64,000 bases of DNA, taken from contig CAZPKG010000005.1 in the NCBI GenBank assembly GCA_964587105.1, positions 132,540 to 196,539 of the forward strand, in the 5' to 3' direction. This DNA comes from an uncultured Alphaproteobacteria bacterium (GTDB lineage Bacteria > Electryoneota > RPQS01). Shown here piece by piece: positions 9,053 through 18,097 of this stretch. Every line of letters starts with the position of its first letter. Position 1 is the first letter of the stretch. Under the pieces are notes generated by a model, which saw nothing but the letters and a program-made list of their open reading frames with translations, ran no database searches and was not told the DNA's origin. A program made the translations under genes and the position numbers.

Positions 9053-11099
9053 TCTCGCAGCTTTGTTACTGACAAGCTGTCTGTCATGGGCGCAACCACA
9101 GGTGGATAGTGTGTTTGTGTTTGAGGGGATCGAGGGTGATTACACAATCTCTTTGCCGTTGCCGGGAGGGGATTTTGTTCTGGTGGGATATTCTTACGAG
9201 AACAATCAATCCTTGTCTCGGGTCTCGCGGATGACTCCTGAGCGCGAGATATTGTGGACGCGCTGCATACCAGCAACTTCAGGTTTCAGGAAAGAGATGA
9301 TTGCACTTGATGGGGAATATGTGGTCGGTATTGCACGCGCCCTGTTGCCTGCCGACACCGGATCATTCACGATTGATGATATTGCATTCAAATACTCTCT
9401 GGATGGAGACAGTATTTGGACAAGGAGATTCAGTGATTCAAATTTTGCGGCATTCCTAAACTCGATCATACCTGACGGCAATGGCGGATATTTTGTTTTA
9501 GGAAACGTAACTGTTTCCGCCGGGCCTTCATTCAATCAGCAGATTAATTTATACCGAATGAATGCCGCAGGAAACGTGCTATGGGAGCACAACTATGGGG
9601 GACCAAACCACGATCAAGCTGGAGGAATAGTAAAGCTCGACGGTGATTCGCTGTTGATCGCCACAGTGATGGATTTCGGTTCGAGCAACAACGTCGTTTT
9701 TTTGTGGACAAACCTCAATGGAGACAGCTTGACGAGCCGCACGTATGGTGATTTGGACATGGCCTCGTTCACTCGGCCCGCTTCACTTCATGCGCGCGAC
9801 GGGGGTTGGGAGTTTGTTTGGAAAGACGGAATGAATAGCGGCCCAAGTCTTAATTCGCTGCATTGGCTGCGCACGGAATATGACGGGACACTCATTCGCG
9901 AACTCAATCTTGATGTGCCTGAAAACTCTGTCCAGGGGTTCCAGCAATCGGAAGATGGTTTGAGGACAGTCGGGTACACTCCTTTCGGTGCGCCAATTCG
10001 CAATGCAGTGTTGGGCAGATTAAACGATCTCGGCCAGTGGTACTATTTAGACACGCTTGCGAGCGATGTAATTCAAGAAGGCTACGGGTTCCTTCCGACA
10101 AGCGATGGCACGATTACAATTCTTGGCAGAACTCAAGTCAGCGACACAGTAATCGACGCTTGCCTATTTTATGTCAATGATGGCGGTCATGAGGGCTATT
10201 TGTTCTCGTCACCTCCTGAAGTAGATTTCGGTGTAGTGCCTGTGGATGACGTTGCGGTTCAGAGTGTTTCATTTTTTGTGACGTGGGACTCTGCTACAAC
10301 GATTACGGATATTGAGCTTCCGGAGTTTATTGCAACCACTTTGGCGCCGCCTGTGCAGGTGATACCGGGAGATTCCGCGATTTTTCAATTTGGGTTTCGT
10401 CCGACTGAATTGGTGCGCTATGCGGATTCAATAGTAATACATTCGGATGCTCGGAATGGTTTGCTTACGATTCCGGTGTTCGGTCAGGCTCCATTTCCCG
10501 AATGCACGCCGGCACTACGCGATATCTATTTCACTTGGGCCGAGATAGGCGACAGTATCCGCCGTCCGTTTGCGGTGTTTAACACGGGGACGCTTCCGTT
10601 ACATATTGACCAGATTATTCAACCAGCGCCGTTCTATTTGGACAATACGGGGCCGTTCGTGGTTGAGCCGGACACAAATGCTTTGTTGTGGATTACATTT
10701 CGACCGGACAGCGTTATGCTCTATGAAGTCAATCTTGTGTTTCAGAGCGACGACCCGCAAGGGGCCGATAGCGTATTGCTGAGAGGGCGCGGACTTGAGT
10801 CACAAGAAGATGCTAACGATCCTGTTGAGTTGCCGCGTGAGTTCAAGATGCTTGCGGCTTATCCTAATCCGTTTAATGCAACGGCGGTGATTCGGTTTGA
10901 ATTGCCGAAGACGCAGCTTGTTAAGCTCGAGTTATTTGACATCACAGGTAGGTTGGTCAAGGAAGTTTTGACACAGACTTTCTCTGCGGGTGAACATCAG
11001 ATAATGATTGAGGGTGTGGGGTTGGCGTCGGGGATATATTTTGCGAACATGAATGCGGGAGAGTTTCGTGCGGTGCAGAAATTGGTGTTGCTGAAATGA
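9021..11099 (+). CDS. Secreted protein with T9SS C-terminal sorting domain
   Basis: Signal peptide MRCKNFSWLNSLAALLLTSCLSWAQ and C-terminal YPNPFNATAVIRFELP...QKLVLLK. It overlaps the upstream gene by 32 nt; the six-frame ORF starts at 8961. Confidence 0.75.
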   Translation: MRCKNFSWLNSLAALLLTSCLSWAQPQVDSVFVFEGIEGDYTISLPLPGGDFVLVGYSYENNQSLSRVSRMTPEREILWTRCIPATSGFRKEMIALDGEYVVGIARALLPADTGSFTIDDIAFKYSLDGDSIWTRRFSDSNFAAFLNSIIPDGNGGYFVLGNVTVSAGPSFNQQINLYRMNAAGNVLWEHNYGGPNHDQAGGIVKLDGDSLLIATVMDFGSSNNVVFLWTNLNGDSLTSRTYGDLDMASFTRPASLHARDGGWEFVWKDGMNSGPSLNSLHWLRTEYDGTLIRELNLDVPENSVQGFQQSEDGLRTVGYTPFGAPIRNAVLGRLNDLGQWYYLDTLASDVIQEGYGFLPTSDGTITILGRTQVSDTVIDACLFYVNDGGHEGYLFSSPPEVDFGVVPVDDVAVQSVSFFVTWDSATTITDIELPEFIATTLAPPVQVIPGDSAIFQFGFRPTELVRYADSIVIHSDARNGLLTIPVFGQAPFPECTPALRDIYFTWAEIGDSIRRPFAVFNTGTLPLHIDQIIQPAPFYLDNTGPFVVEPDTNALLWITFRPDSVMLYEVNLVFQSDDPQGADSVLLRGRGLESQEDANDPVELPREFKMLAAYPNPFNATAVIRFELPKTQLVKLELFDITGRLVKEVLTQTFSAGEHQIMIEGVGLASGIYFANMNAGEFRAVQKLVLLK

Positions 11100-11632
11100 G
11101 GCAATGGATTGCCATTATTGTGGCTGCGCTCGTGCTTGTGGCCTGTGAAGAGGGGGACAAGCCGCAGGATGGAACGGGCTATGACATCGTGGTTGGTGAT
11201 ACACTGATTTCGATTTCGGCTGAAGCTGTGCGGTTTGCAGCAGAGCATTTTGAATGGCACGCTTATATGCTGCGCGAATTTCAGATTGCGACGCTGCCGC
11301 GAGATGAAGGAAGTCCCTATTCGGGTTCGCTCGAGCAGTGGAAGAATTTGTCGTGGAGTTCGCGGCAGACATTTTTGTATCCGCCGTTTGTGCATAATTT
11401 GAGTACGGAATCGCTGGAACTCTATTACTATTTGATCGGGACGTATCCGGATCAGTTTGGGTTTGGGTGGGTGGATACATACGATCCCGAAGCGAATTTG
11501 TTTAACAGCGCTGTGAGGCCGTGGCTGCATCCGGCGGATTCGACGCTGACGCCCGACAATCCGGGCACGCTCGAATTTGACGGCGGTTTGGGAGATATGC
11601 TGGAATATCGTGGGATGTGGGGGATGGAATGA
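11096..11632 (+). CDS. Hypothetical lipoprotein
   Basis: Signal peptide plus lipobox (LVLVAC). Shares ATGA overlap with the upstream gene. No recognisable domain. Confidence 0.55.
   Translation: MRQWIAIIVAALVLVACEEGDKPQDGTGYDIVVGDTLISISAEAVRFAAEHFEWHAYMLREFQIATLPRDEGSPYSGSLEQWKNLSWSSRQTFLYPPFVHNLSTESLELYYYLIGTYPDQFGFGWVDTYDPEANLFNSAVRPWLHPADSTLTPDNPGTLEFDGGLGDMLEYRGMWGME
11543..11626 (+). repeat. 84-bp direct repeat copy 1 (3' end of lipoprotein gene)
   Basis: Near-identical to 12913-12996 (ACGCTGACGCCCGACAATCCGGGCACGCTCGAATTTGACGGCGGTTTGGGAGATATGCTGGAATATCG...). Confidence 0.7.
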
Positions 11633-11674
11633 AGAAACTTTCTGATTGCAATTTCGCAACAAGAGGAACTTAAA

Positions 11675-12781
11675 TTGTCGCAACGTCTAATTACAAATTT
11701 AAATCACCTTAAGAGTATTTCGGAGCAGCTGGATACGCTTTTTGGCACTCTTGAATTAGAGGATTTGTCGAAAAAAGTTACTCTCGTTGAGGACTTCGTG
11801 TACTTTCACCTTCCTCACGTGCACATTCTGAATACTCTCGTTTCAAACGGCGCTAAGGCATCGGACGATTTCAGCTTTTTTGGCTTTAACGGCATTACCT
11901 TCGAGCTAAGCTGTCATGAGTCAACAACAGAGCGCAGCATTTTGGAAGTTACCATCTTACCTAAACTGACAAAGAATGAGAAAAAAGCAATAGGTAAACC
12001 GGTACTGACAAGATTGCAACTTCATGACTCATACGGACGATTCGAAGAGGTTCGGATTATTGCGTCACCACTGTTATCTTATGTCGCTAGCCAGTTAGCG
12101 GAATTAGTTTGTGAAGTCATCCGCGAAGCGGAAACCTGGCTTGCAAAGCACTTGCATTTTCTTGCGCGTAGAATGACAACAAAGTTTGCAACGGAGTTTT
12201 ACACAGAGCTAAGACACCTACTAGTAACGAATCTGAAAAGTGATACCATAGCAGATTATGTATTCCTCGTGATGGTTGACAAGAACAGAGGAACATATGC
12301 CTTGGACTCTCATGCAGTTGATGCTTTTCTGGAAAGGTCTTCGAATAGCCAAGAGGACATGAGGATATCCCCGTATGCGGCATTGGCTGAGATATTCTCT
12401 CAAGAGATTCCATTTGATCAAATGCACTCTCGTTTTGCGATCAAAAGCAACAAGTGCATTTTCATTGATCTCGACCTTTCTGACTATTATATGAAAGCTA
12501 ATCAATTGGTGCATGCACAGCACGACTTTATAGGTTCAAAAGATACTTGTGTTTATCCGCTTTGTAGATCAGGTCAAACCTTCTTGCTACTTGCATATCC
12601 GCAGAGTATCTCGTCTCAGCTTAACCCGTTACTTGACCAATATAAGGATGAGCTTACAAAGATATATTTGAGCCATGCAGGATTGGTCAAGAGGATTGCA
12701 AGAAAGACATGGGCAGTAGTTAAGAGTCCGGACTTCGCAAAATGGCTCCGAGCCTTTACGCTCCCCGATGAACCAGCATAA
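11675..12781 (+). CDS. Hypothetical protein encoded in a low-GC insertion
   Basis: 368-aa ORF. It is markedly AT-rich compared with its neighbours. No transmembrane segment and no recognisable motif. Bounded by the 84-bp direct repeats. Confidence 0.6.
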   Translation: MSQRLITNLNHLKSISEQLDTLFGTLELEDLSKKVTLVEDFVYFHLPHVHILNTLVSNGAKASDDFSFFGFNGITFELSCHESTTERSILEVTILPKLTKNEKKAIGKPVLTRLQLHDSYGRFEEVRIIASPLLSYVASQLAELVCEVIREAETWLAKHLHFLARRMTTKFATEFYTELRHLLVTNLKSDTIADYVFLVMVDKNRGTYALDSHAVDAFLERSSNSQEDMRISPYAALAEIFSQEIPFDQMHSRFAIKSNKCIFIDLDLSDYYMKANQLVHAQHDFIGSKDTCVYPLCRSGQTFLLLAYPQSISSQLNPLLDQYKDELTKIYLSHAGLVKRIARKTWAVVKSPDFAKWLRAFTLPDEPA

Positions 12782-12794
12782 GTTGCCTATCCCC

Positions 12795-12917
12795 ATGCCT
12801 CTAATCACTCAAAAATACGATGGAAAAACGCTTGCTACGCCTGCGGATAATTTGTTGGTAGTGCGGGTGAAGTGCGGGATGCAGGTGGTGGTGTCGGCTT
12901 TGACGGAACTACGTTGA
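12795..12917 (+). pseudogene. Aspartokinase 5' fragment (remnant duplicate of the lysC N-terminus)
   Basis: MPLITQKYDGKTLATPADNLLVVRVKCGMQVVVSALTELR* aligns with the N-terminus of the intact gene at 14347 (MSLVIQKYGGKTLATPADILQVAGLVHARVKSGTQVVVVVSALADT). The nucleotide sequences align too. Confidence 0.6.
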
Positions 12918-12996
12918 CTCCGGACAATCCGGGCACGCTCGAATTTGACGGCGGTTTGGGAGATATGCTGGAGTATCGGGGGATGTGGGGGATTAA
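12913..12996 (+). repeat. 84-bp direct repeat copy 2
   Basis: Duplicate of 11543-11626, immediately upstream of the LVIVD/T9SS gene. Confidence 0.7.
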
Positions 12997-13083
12997 TTAG
13001 TGGATGACGACTTCGTCATAATTAAGAGATATATTAGTTTGCATTTATTTTGCAGCGCTTCAATCAGCCGAAAGGATTCCATT

Positions 13084-14343
13084 ATGTGTCGGCAGCTTTT
13101 TGCAGCAACTTTGAGCATTATACTCATGACAACAGTTGTTAGCTTTGGTCAGAACGTGGCGCCACTTGGATTTACCATTTTAAGGGATCATTCTTACGAT
13201 GTTGAGGTGAGCGGGTCGAACGCTTTTCTGGCTCACGAAACACGCGGACTGATGATACTTGACGTCAGCAATCCATCGAGTATTGAAGAGTTGGACTCGC
13301 TATTGTTTACCGATACCCCACGAGATGTGGTAATATCAGATACGCTTGCATACGTCACGGCAGATGACGGAATACACGTTGTTGACATATCGGATTTGAG
13401 AGATTTGGTAGAGGTTGGTTTCACCTCCTTAGAAATGGGTTACGGCTGCGAATCTGTGTTATACGGGCCATACTTGATTACAGGCGGATCAGGCCACCTG
13501 TTTGCTCTTGACATCAATGATCCGTTAACACCAGTTGTCGTAGGGACATTAGGGTTTGAAGATATGATAAGCATCGGCGGCATTGCAATTTGGGATCACT
13601 ACGCTGTAATTGCCCTTTCTGCATTCTTCGGCGGCATTGAGATTGTGGATCTTTCAGATCCAACAAATCCGCAATCCGTTGGACACGCTGATACAGATGA
13701 CTGGGCACACAGTGTGACCGTATTTGGCAATCATGCTGCATTGGCCGTTGACTATGCGGGTGTTCAAATCTTTGACATTAGCTTGCCCACGTCTCCGCAA
13801 CTCGAATCCACAATCGTAATGGAAGATGCAATTACAAATAGTATTGCATCGGCCGGGAATTTCGTATATGCGGCCGGACAGGATGAGAGGTTACACATAT
13901 TTAATCTTGACAATCCGTCAAATCCAATTTCCGTTGGAACGAGCCCTTACGATCTTGGGGGAACAGAGATCTTCGTATCCGCATCTGGAGAGATCATGTA
14001 CACAGCTGACGGTGTTAGATTTGAAATCTTTGACTGTTCTGCCGCGCTCCCCGTCGATGACGAGCCTACGCCATATTTGCCTGCTGATATCTCACTACTT
14101 GCATATCCCAATCCCTTCAATCCGACGACGACATTGACATTTTCAGTTGCGCATGAAGCCGAAGTGAGATTAATCGTGTTTGATGTTAACGGGCGATTGG
14201 TGAGCGAAGTGGTGCGCGGAAAGTTTACGGCAGGGACGCATGCAGTGAATTGGTCGTGCTCTGAGTGCACATCAGGGATTTACTTTGCAGCGATGAACGC
14301 CGGATCGTTTACGGCTTCGCAGAAACTACTTTTGTTAAAATAA
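13084..14343 (+). CDS. LVIVD-repeat beta-propeller protein with T9SS C-terminal sorting domain
   Basis: Repeated LxILDVSNP / IHVVDISD / IEIVDLSDPTNP / VQIFDISLPTSP / LHIFNLDNPSNP units (LVIVD repeats). Signal peptide MCRQLFAATLSIILMTTVVSFGQ. C-terminal YPNPFNPTTTLTFSV...QKLLLLK. Confidence 0.7.
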   Translation: MCRQLFAATLSIILMTTVVSFGQNVAPLGFTILRDHSYDVEVSGSNAFLAHETRGLMILDVSNPSSIEELDSLLFTDTPRDVVISDTLAYVTADDGIHVVDISDLRDLVEVGFTSLEMGYGCESVLYGPYLITGGSGHLFALDINDPLTPVVVGTLGFEDMISIGGIAIWDHYAVIALSAFFGGIEIVDLSDPTNPQSVGHADTDDWAHSVTVFGNHAALAVDYAGVQIFDISLPTSPQLESTIVMEDAITNSIASAGNFVYAAGQDERLHIFNLDNPSNPISVGTSPYDLGGTEIFVSASGEIMYTADGVRFEIFDCSAALPVDDEPTPYLPADISLLAYPNPFNPTTTLTFSVAHEAEVRLIVFDVNGRLVSEVVRGKFTAGTHAVNWSCSECTSGIYFAAMNAGSFTASQKLLLLK

Positions 14344-14346
14344 CTG

Positions 14347-15513
14347 ATGTCTCTGGTAATCCAAAAATACGGTGGAAAGACGCTTGCTACGCCTGCGGAT
14401 ATATTGCAGGTGGCGGGGCTGGTGCATGCGCGGGTGAAGAGCGGGACGCAGGTGGTGGTGGTGGTATCGGCTTTGGCGGATACGACGGACCAGTATGTGG
14501 CGATGGCGCGGGCGGTGAATCCTGAACCGCGAGGGCGGGAATTGGACGTGCTGCTTTCGACGGGCGAGCGGGTGGCGATAGCGATGCTGGCGCTGGCGCT
14601 GAACTCGATTGAGCCGGACATCGCGGTCTCGCTGACGGGCGCTCAGGCCGGAATCATCACGGACACACTGCACACGGCGGCGCGGATTGTTGAAGTCCGG
14701 CCTCTGCGGGTGCGGGAGGCGCTTGAACAGGGGAAAATCCCGGTGATTGCGGGCTATCAGGGGATTACGACCGAGAAGAACATCTCGACATTGGGCCGCG
14801 GCGGGACAGACGCTACGGCGGTGGCGCTGGCCGTGGCGCTGGGGGCCGAGTGTGTCGAGTTTATGAAAGACGTGGACGGCGTGGCGAGCGCGGACCCGAA
14901 GGTCGTGACATCGGCCAAGATACTGCCCGCTCTGGACTATGACGAGGCCCTGTCCATGATGGGGTTTGGCGCCAAGATTTTGCAGGTTCCGGCGGTGGAA
15001 ATGGCGGCGGAATTCGGGATGAAGCTGGCCATTGGGAACTCCAAGACGGGGGTCGCCGGGACGATAATCACAGAGAAGCCTCTGGCCAAACGGACGTTAG
15101 GCGCTGTTATTCATACCCCTGCGACAATTTTACCGCTTGCAAGTCTGCCTGAGTTTTCGTTTGTTGAACGGACTCTGCGCGAAACGGGGGTACTTCCGCT
15201 GTACCTGCGCGGCGGCCAAAACCCCGTGGTGGTTTTCAAGCAGAGCGATGAGCCGCAGCTGTTGTTCAAGCAATTTGCCCCGGCAATGGTGTCGGGCTAT
15301 GATTTGGTGGCGCTGTTTGGCCCGGGTACGGGCGGCGTAGGCTCGCTTGCAGACCGGATTTCGGCCTTGCTTTCCCCATGTCGGGACGCGATTCGGGAAG
15401 AGTTCCATCTGGAAAACCGATTGCTTTTGTTGGTCGAGCGGTCGCGCGCAACTGAGCTTGTGCGCGGACTTCATGCCTTGTGCGATTCAGGGATCGTGGC
15501 AACGGCTTCTTGA
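14347..15513 (+). CDS. lysC: Aspartate kinase
   Basis: Amino-acid-kinase fold with KYGGKTLA, VVVVSALADTTD, LLSTGERV and GRGGTDATAVALAVALGA. The C-terminal regulatory region is divergent. Confidence 0.8.
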   Translation: MSLVIQKYGGKTLATPADILQVAGLVHARVKSGTQVVVVVSALADTTDQYVAMARAVNPEPRGRELDVLLSTGERVAIAMLALALNSIEPDIAVSLTGAQAGIITDTLHTAARIVEVRPLRVREALEQGKIPVIAGYQGITTEKNISTLGRGGTDATAVALAVALGAECVEFMKDVDGVASADPKVVTSAKILPALDYDEALSMMGFGAKILQVPAVEMAAEFGMKLAIGNSKTGVAGTIITEKPLAKRTLGAVIHTPATILPLASLPEFSFVERTLRETGVLPLYLRGGQNPVVVFKQSDEPQLLFKQFAPAMVSGYDLVALFGPGTGGVGSLADRISALLSPCRDAIREEFHLENRLLLLVERSRATELVRGLHALCDSGIVATAS

Positions 15514-15590
15514 TTTGGCCTTGTGTCAGTATAGAATCGAACCGGGGCGGCTTCGATGATTAGCAGATTCTAAAACTTTACCCACTTCCT

Positions 15591-17168
15591 GTGAACACGC
15601 AACTTCAACCCTTCACCCCACCAGTCAGTGTGCGCGTCGGCCTGCTGGAAGGCTATGAACGGGTCACCTTCAGGTACACCGGCCGCTATCGGATCGAAAC
15701 GCGTTCCGGTGAACTATTGCGCGAGGCGGATGCTTCGCAACTCAAGTGGCGCGTGCTGCGCGAGAAGAGCACGCCGACGAAGTTTTTGTTCAGCGTGCTT
15801 GTGGCCTCGTTTACGACGCGTGAAGAGGCGATGGCCTTGGCCGAGCAGTTTGAAGACCGGGGTCTGCAAGCGGCGATGCGGCAGATCGGTGGGCCGATTG
15901 AAATTGACGGGCAGATCGTCGGAGACAATACGCTGTATCGCGTGCAGGTGGGGAATTTCCAGATTGAAGAAGACGCGCGGCATCTGCTGGCCAAGCTTGA
16001 ATTGGATTATGCGCCGAGATTGGTGCGCGAAGTGCTGACGCAATCTTCGGGCAGGCTTGAGATGTTTGATCAGAGCTTGGAACAGCACTACGAAAGCACG
16101 GACGGATTCAGATTAGTTCCAGTCGAACCGGAGTCGCGGTTGACGATTTTGGGGGTGCGGATGAACTCGGGTTTTGCTTATGAACCCACTGAAGACCGGA
16201 CCTACGAGGGGATGATTGAGTTTTATGTGGATCATGAAGGCGATATCGCGGCGCTGACGGAAATTCCGATTGACGTCTATCTGCGCGGCGTGGTCGCGAC
16301 TGAAATGCCGGTGGATTATCCCGAAGAGGCGTTGCGCGCGCAGGCGATTGCCTCGAGGAGCTTGGTGATTGCCACCAAGTCCATCAAGCATCTGAATGAT
16401 CCGTTTGAACTTTGTGCGCACGTTCATTGTCAGGTTTATAGCGGCGTGACGTATGAGAATCCGACTGTGACCCAAGCGGTGACGGATACGCGCGGGAATA
16501 TTCTGTTCAATAAAGGCATCGTGGTGGACGCACACTACTCAAAGGTTTGCGGCGGACACACGGAAGACGTGCTGGCAACTTGGATGACACCGCCGGTGTA
16601 TGCGGGCAAGGGTGTGCCATGTGATTGCACGGGTGAAATGGAAGTGCCGGATTTGACGACCGAGGGTGGAGCGCGTAGATGGATTCAATCGCGGCCCAAG
16701 TCGAGTTGCAATTTGGACGGTGTAGATTTACCTGTGTCGCGTGCCTATGGCCGCAAACATTTCAGATGGGAAACAACTTTGCTGCGCTCGGAGCTTGAAG
16801 AGATTATTCTCACCAAGACCGGTGTGGATATCGGCATGTTGTACGATATTCTCCCGATTAGGCGCGGGCGGAGTGGCCGCCTAATGGAGGTTGAAGTGCT
16901 TGGCTCGCTGGCTAATCTCAGGATCAAGCGCGAGTTGCGAATCAGGCGGCAGCTTTCGCACACGGCGTTGGAAAGTTCGGCATTTCTGGTCGAAGTGTTG
17001 ACTGACTCACAGGGAAATCCGATGGAGCTTGTGTTTACAGGCGCGGGTTGGGGGCACGGCGTTGGGATGTGTCAGGCAGGTGCCGCGCAAATGGCCAGCC
17101 GAGGGATGAGCGCGCTCCAAATTCTGGTACACTACTATCCCGATTGCATCGTCGAAAAGAAGTACTGA
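15591..17168 (+). CDS. SpoIID/LytB-domain protein with SPOR domain
   Basis: SPOR-like repeats (YRVQVGNFQIEEDARHLLAKL) and SpoIID motifs (CAHVHCQVYSG, YSKVCGGHTE, GHGVGMCQAGA). Confidence 0.8.
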   Translation: MNTQLQPFTPPVSVRVGLLEGYERVTFRYTGRYRIETRSGELLREADASQLKWRVLREKSTPTKFLFSVLVASFTTREEAMALAEQFEDRGLQAAMRQIGGPIEIDGQIVGDNTLYRVQVGNFQIEEDARHLLAKLELDYAPRLVREVLTQSSGRLEMFDQSLEQHYESTDGFRLVPVEPESRLTILGVRMNSGFAYEPTEDRTYEGMIEFYVDHEGDIAALTEIPIDVYLRGVVATEMPVDYPEEALRAQAIASRSLVIATKSIKHLNDPFELCAHVHCQVYSGVTYENPTVTQAVTDTRGNILFNKGIVVDAHYSKVCGGHTEDVLATWMTPPVYAGKGVPCDCTGEMEVPDLTTEGGARRWIQSRPKSSCNLDGVDLPVSRAYGRKHFRWETTLLRSELEEIILTKTGVDIGMLYDILPIRRGRSGRLMEVEVLGSLANLRIKRELRIRRQLSHTALESSAFLVEVLTDSQGNPMELVFTGAGWGHGVGMCQAGAAQMASRGMSALQILVHYYPDCIVEKKY

Positions 17169-17197
17169 TGATTCACCAACAGCGCTTGCGGTAGTCC

Positions 17198-18091
17198 ATG
17201 GTAATTGTCGCCTACTTGGCGCTGTGTATAATCTGGGGGACGACCTACCTTGTGATCAAGGTGGCGTTGGAAGGATTTCCACCGTTTCTGTTGGGTGCAG
17301 TGCGGTATGCAATCTCCAGCGCGGTGTTTCTGCCTTTGTTGTATAAGAATCGCGCGGCGCTGCCCAAGAGCAAGTCGCAATGGGGATTTCTTGCGCTGAC
17401 GGGCGTGCTGATGCTCGCGGGCGGAAACGGCTTGGTGAATTTTGCCGAACAGTATATGGATTCGGGCTTGACCGCGTTGACGGTAGCAACGAGTCCGACA
17501 TGGGCCGCGATATTGGGCGCGCTGTTTTTTCCAAGCACGGAGAAGCTTGACAAGTTCTCTATGCTTGGAATTTTGCTCGCGACGGCGGGCATCTACGTTT
17601 TGCATCACAATAATCTGAGTTTGACGGGGTCGCAGTGGCCGGGAATTGTGGCGGCGCTTGTTTGTCCGATTTTGTGGACATTGGGCTCACTTGGTGTGCG
17701 CAGACACGGTAAAGGGCTTGCGCCGACGACGGTTTCGGCGATTCAGATGCTGGCGGGAGCGGCTGCGTTCGTGGTGATTTCTCTTTCGATCGGTGAATCG
17801 TGGGATATTCATCCGAGCACGAAAGCGATTAGCGCGATGGCCTATTTGATTGTTCTGGGATCCGTTATTGCGATGACGGCTTATGCCTATTTGCTCTCGA
17901 AGATTCCGGCGGCCAAGGCGAATACTTATACGTTGGTGAATCCGTTAATCGCGTTGGCGTCGGGGGCGATTATTCTCGGTGAACCGATTACACCGGAAGT
18001 GATTCCCGCAACAATCTTGATTATCGCGGGATTGGTAATACTTTATATTATGCGAAATCGCGGCGCGTTGGCCGCGGCAAAGAACAAATAG
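17198..18091 (+). CDS. EamA/DMT-family transporter
   Basis: Ten predicted TM helices arranged as two EamA repeats. Confidence 0.8.
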   Translation: MVIVAYLALCIIWGTTYLVIKVALEGFPPFLLGAVRYAISSAVFLPLLYKNRAALPKSKSQWGFLALTGVLMLAGGNGLVNFAEQYMDSGLTALTVATSPTWAAILGALFFPSTEKLDKFSMLGILLATAGIYVLHHNNLSLTGSQWPGIVAALVCPILWTLGSLGVRRHGKGLAPTTVSAIQMLAGAAAFVVISLSIGESWDIHPSTKAISAMAYLIVLGSVIAMTAYAYLLSKIPAAKANTYTLVNPLIALASGAIILGEPITPEVIPATILIIAGLVILYIMRNRGALAAAKNK

Positions 18092-18097
18092 AGCGAC

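Noticed and set aside
15514-15590. tRNA-like GGTTCGATTC (T-loop-like) motif on the minus strand
   Set aside because: The flanking sequence cannot form a T-stem or acceptor stem, and there is no CCA/discriminator context. It is probably a chance match.
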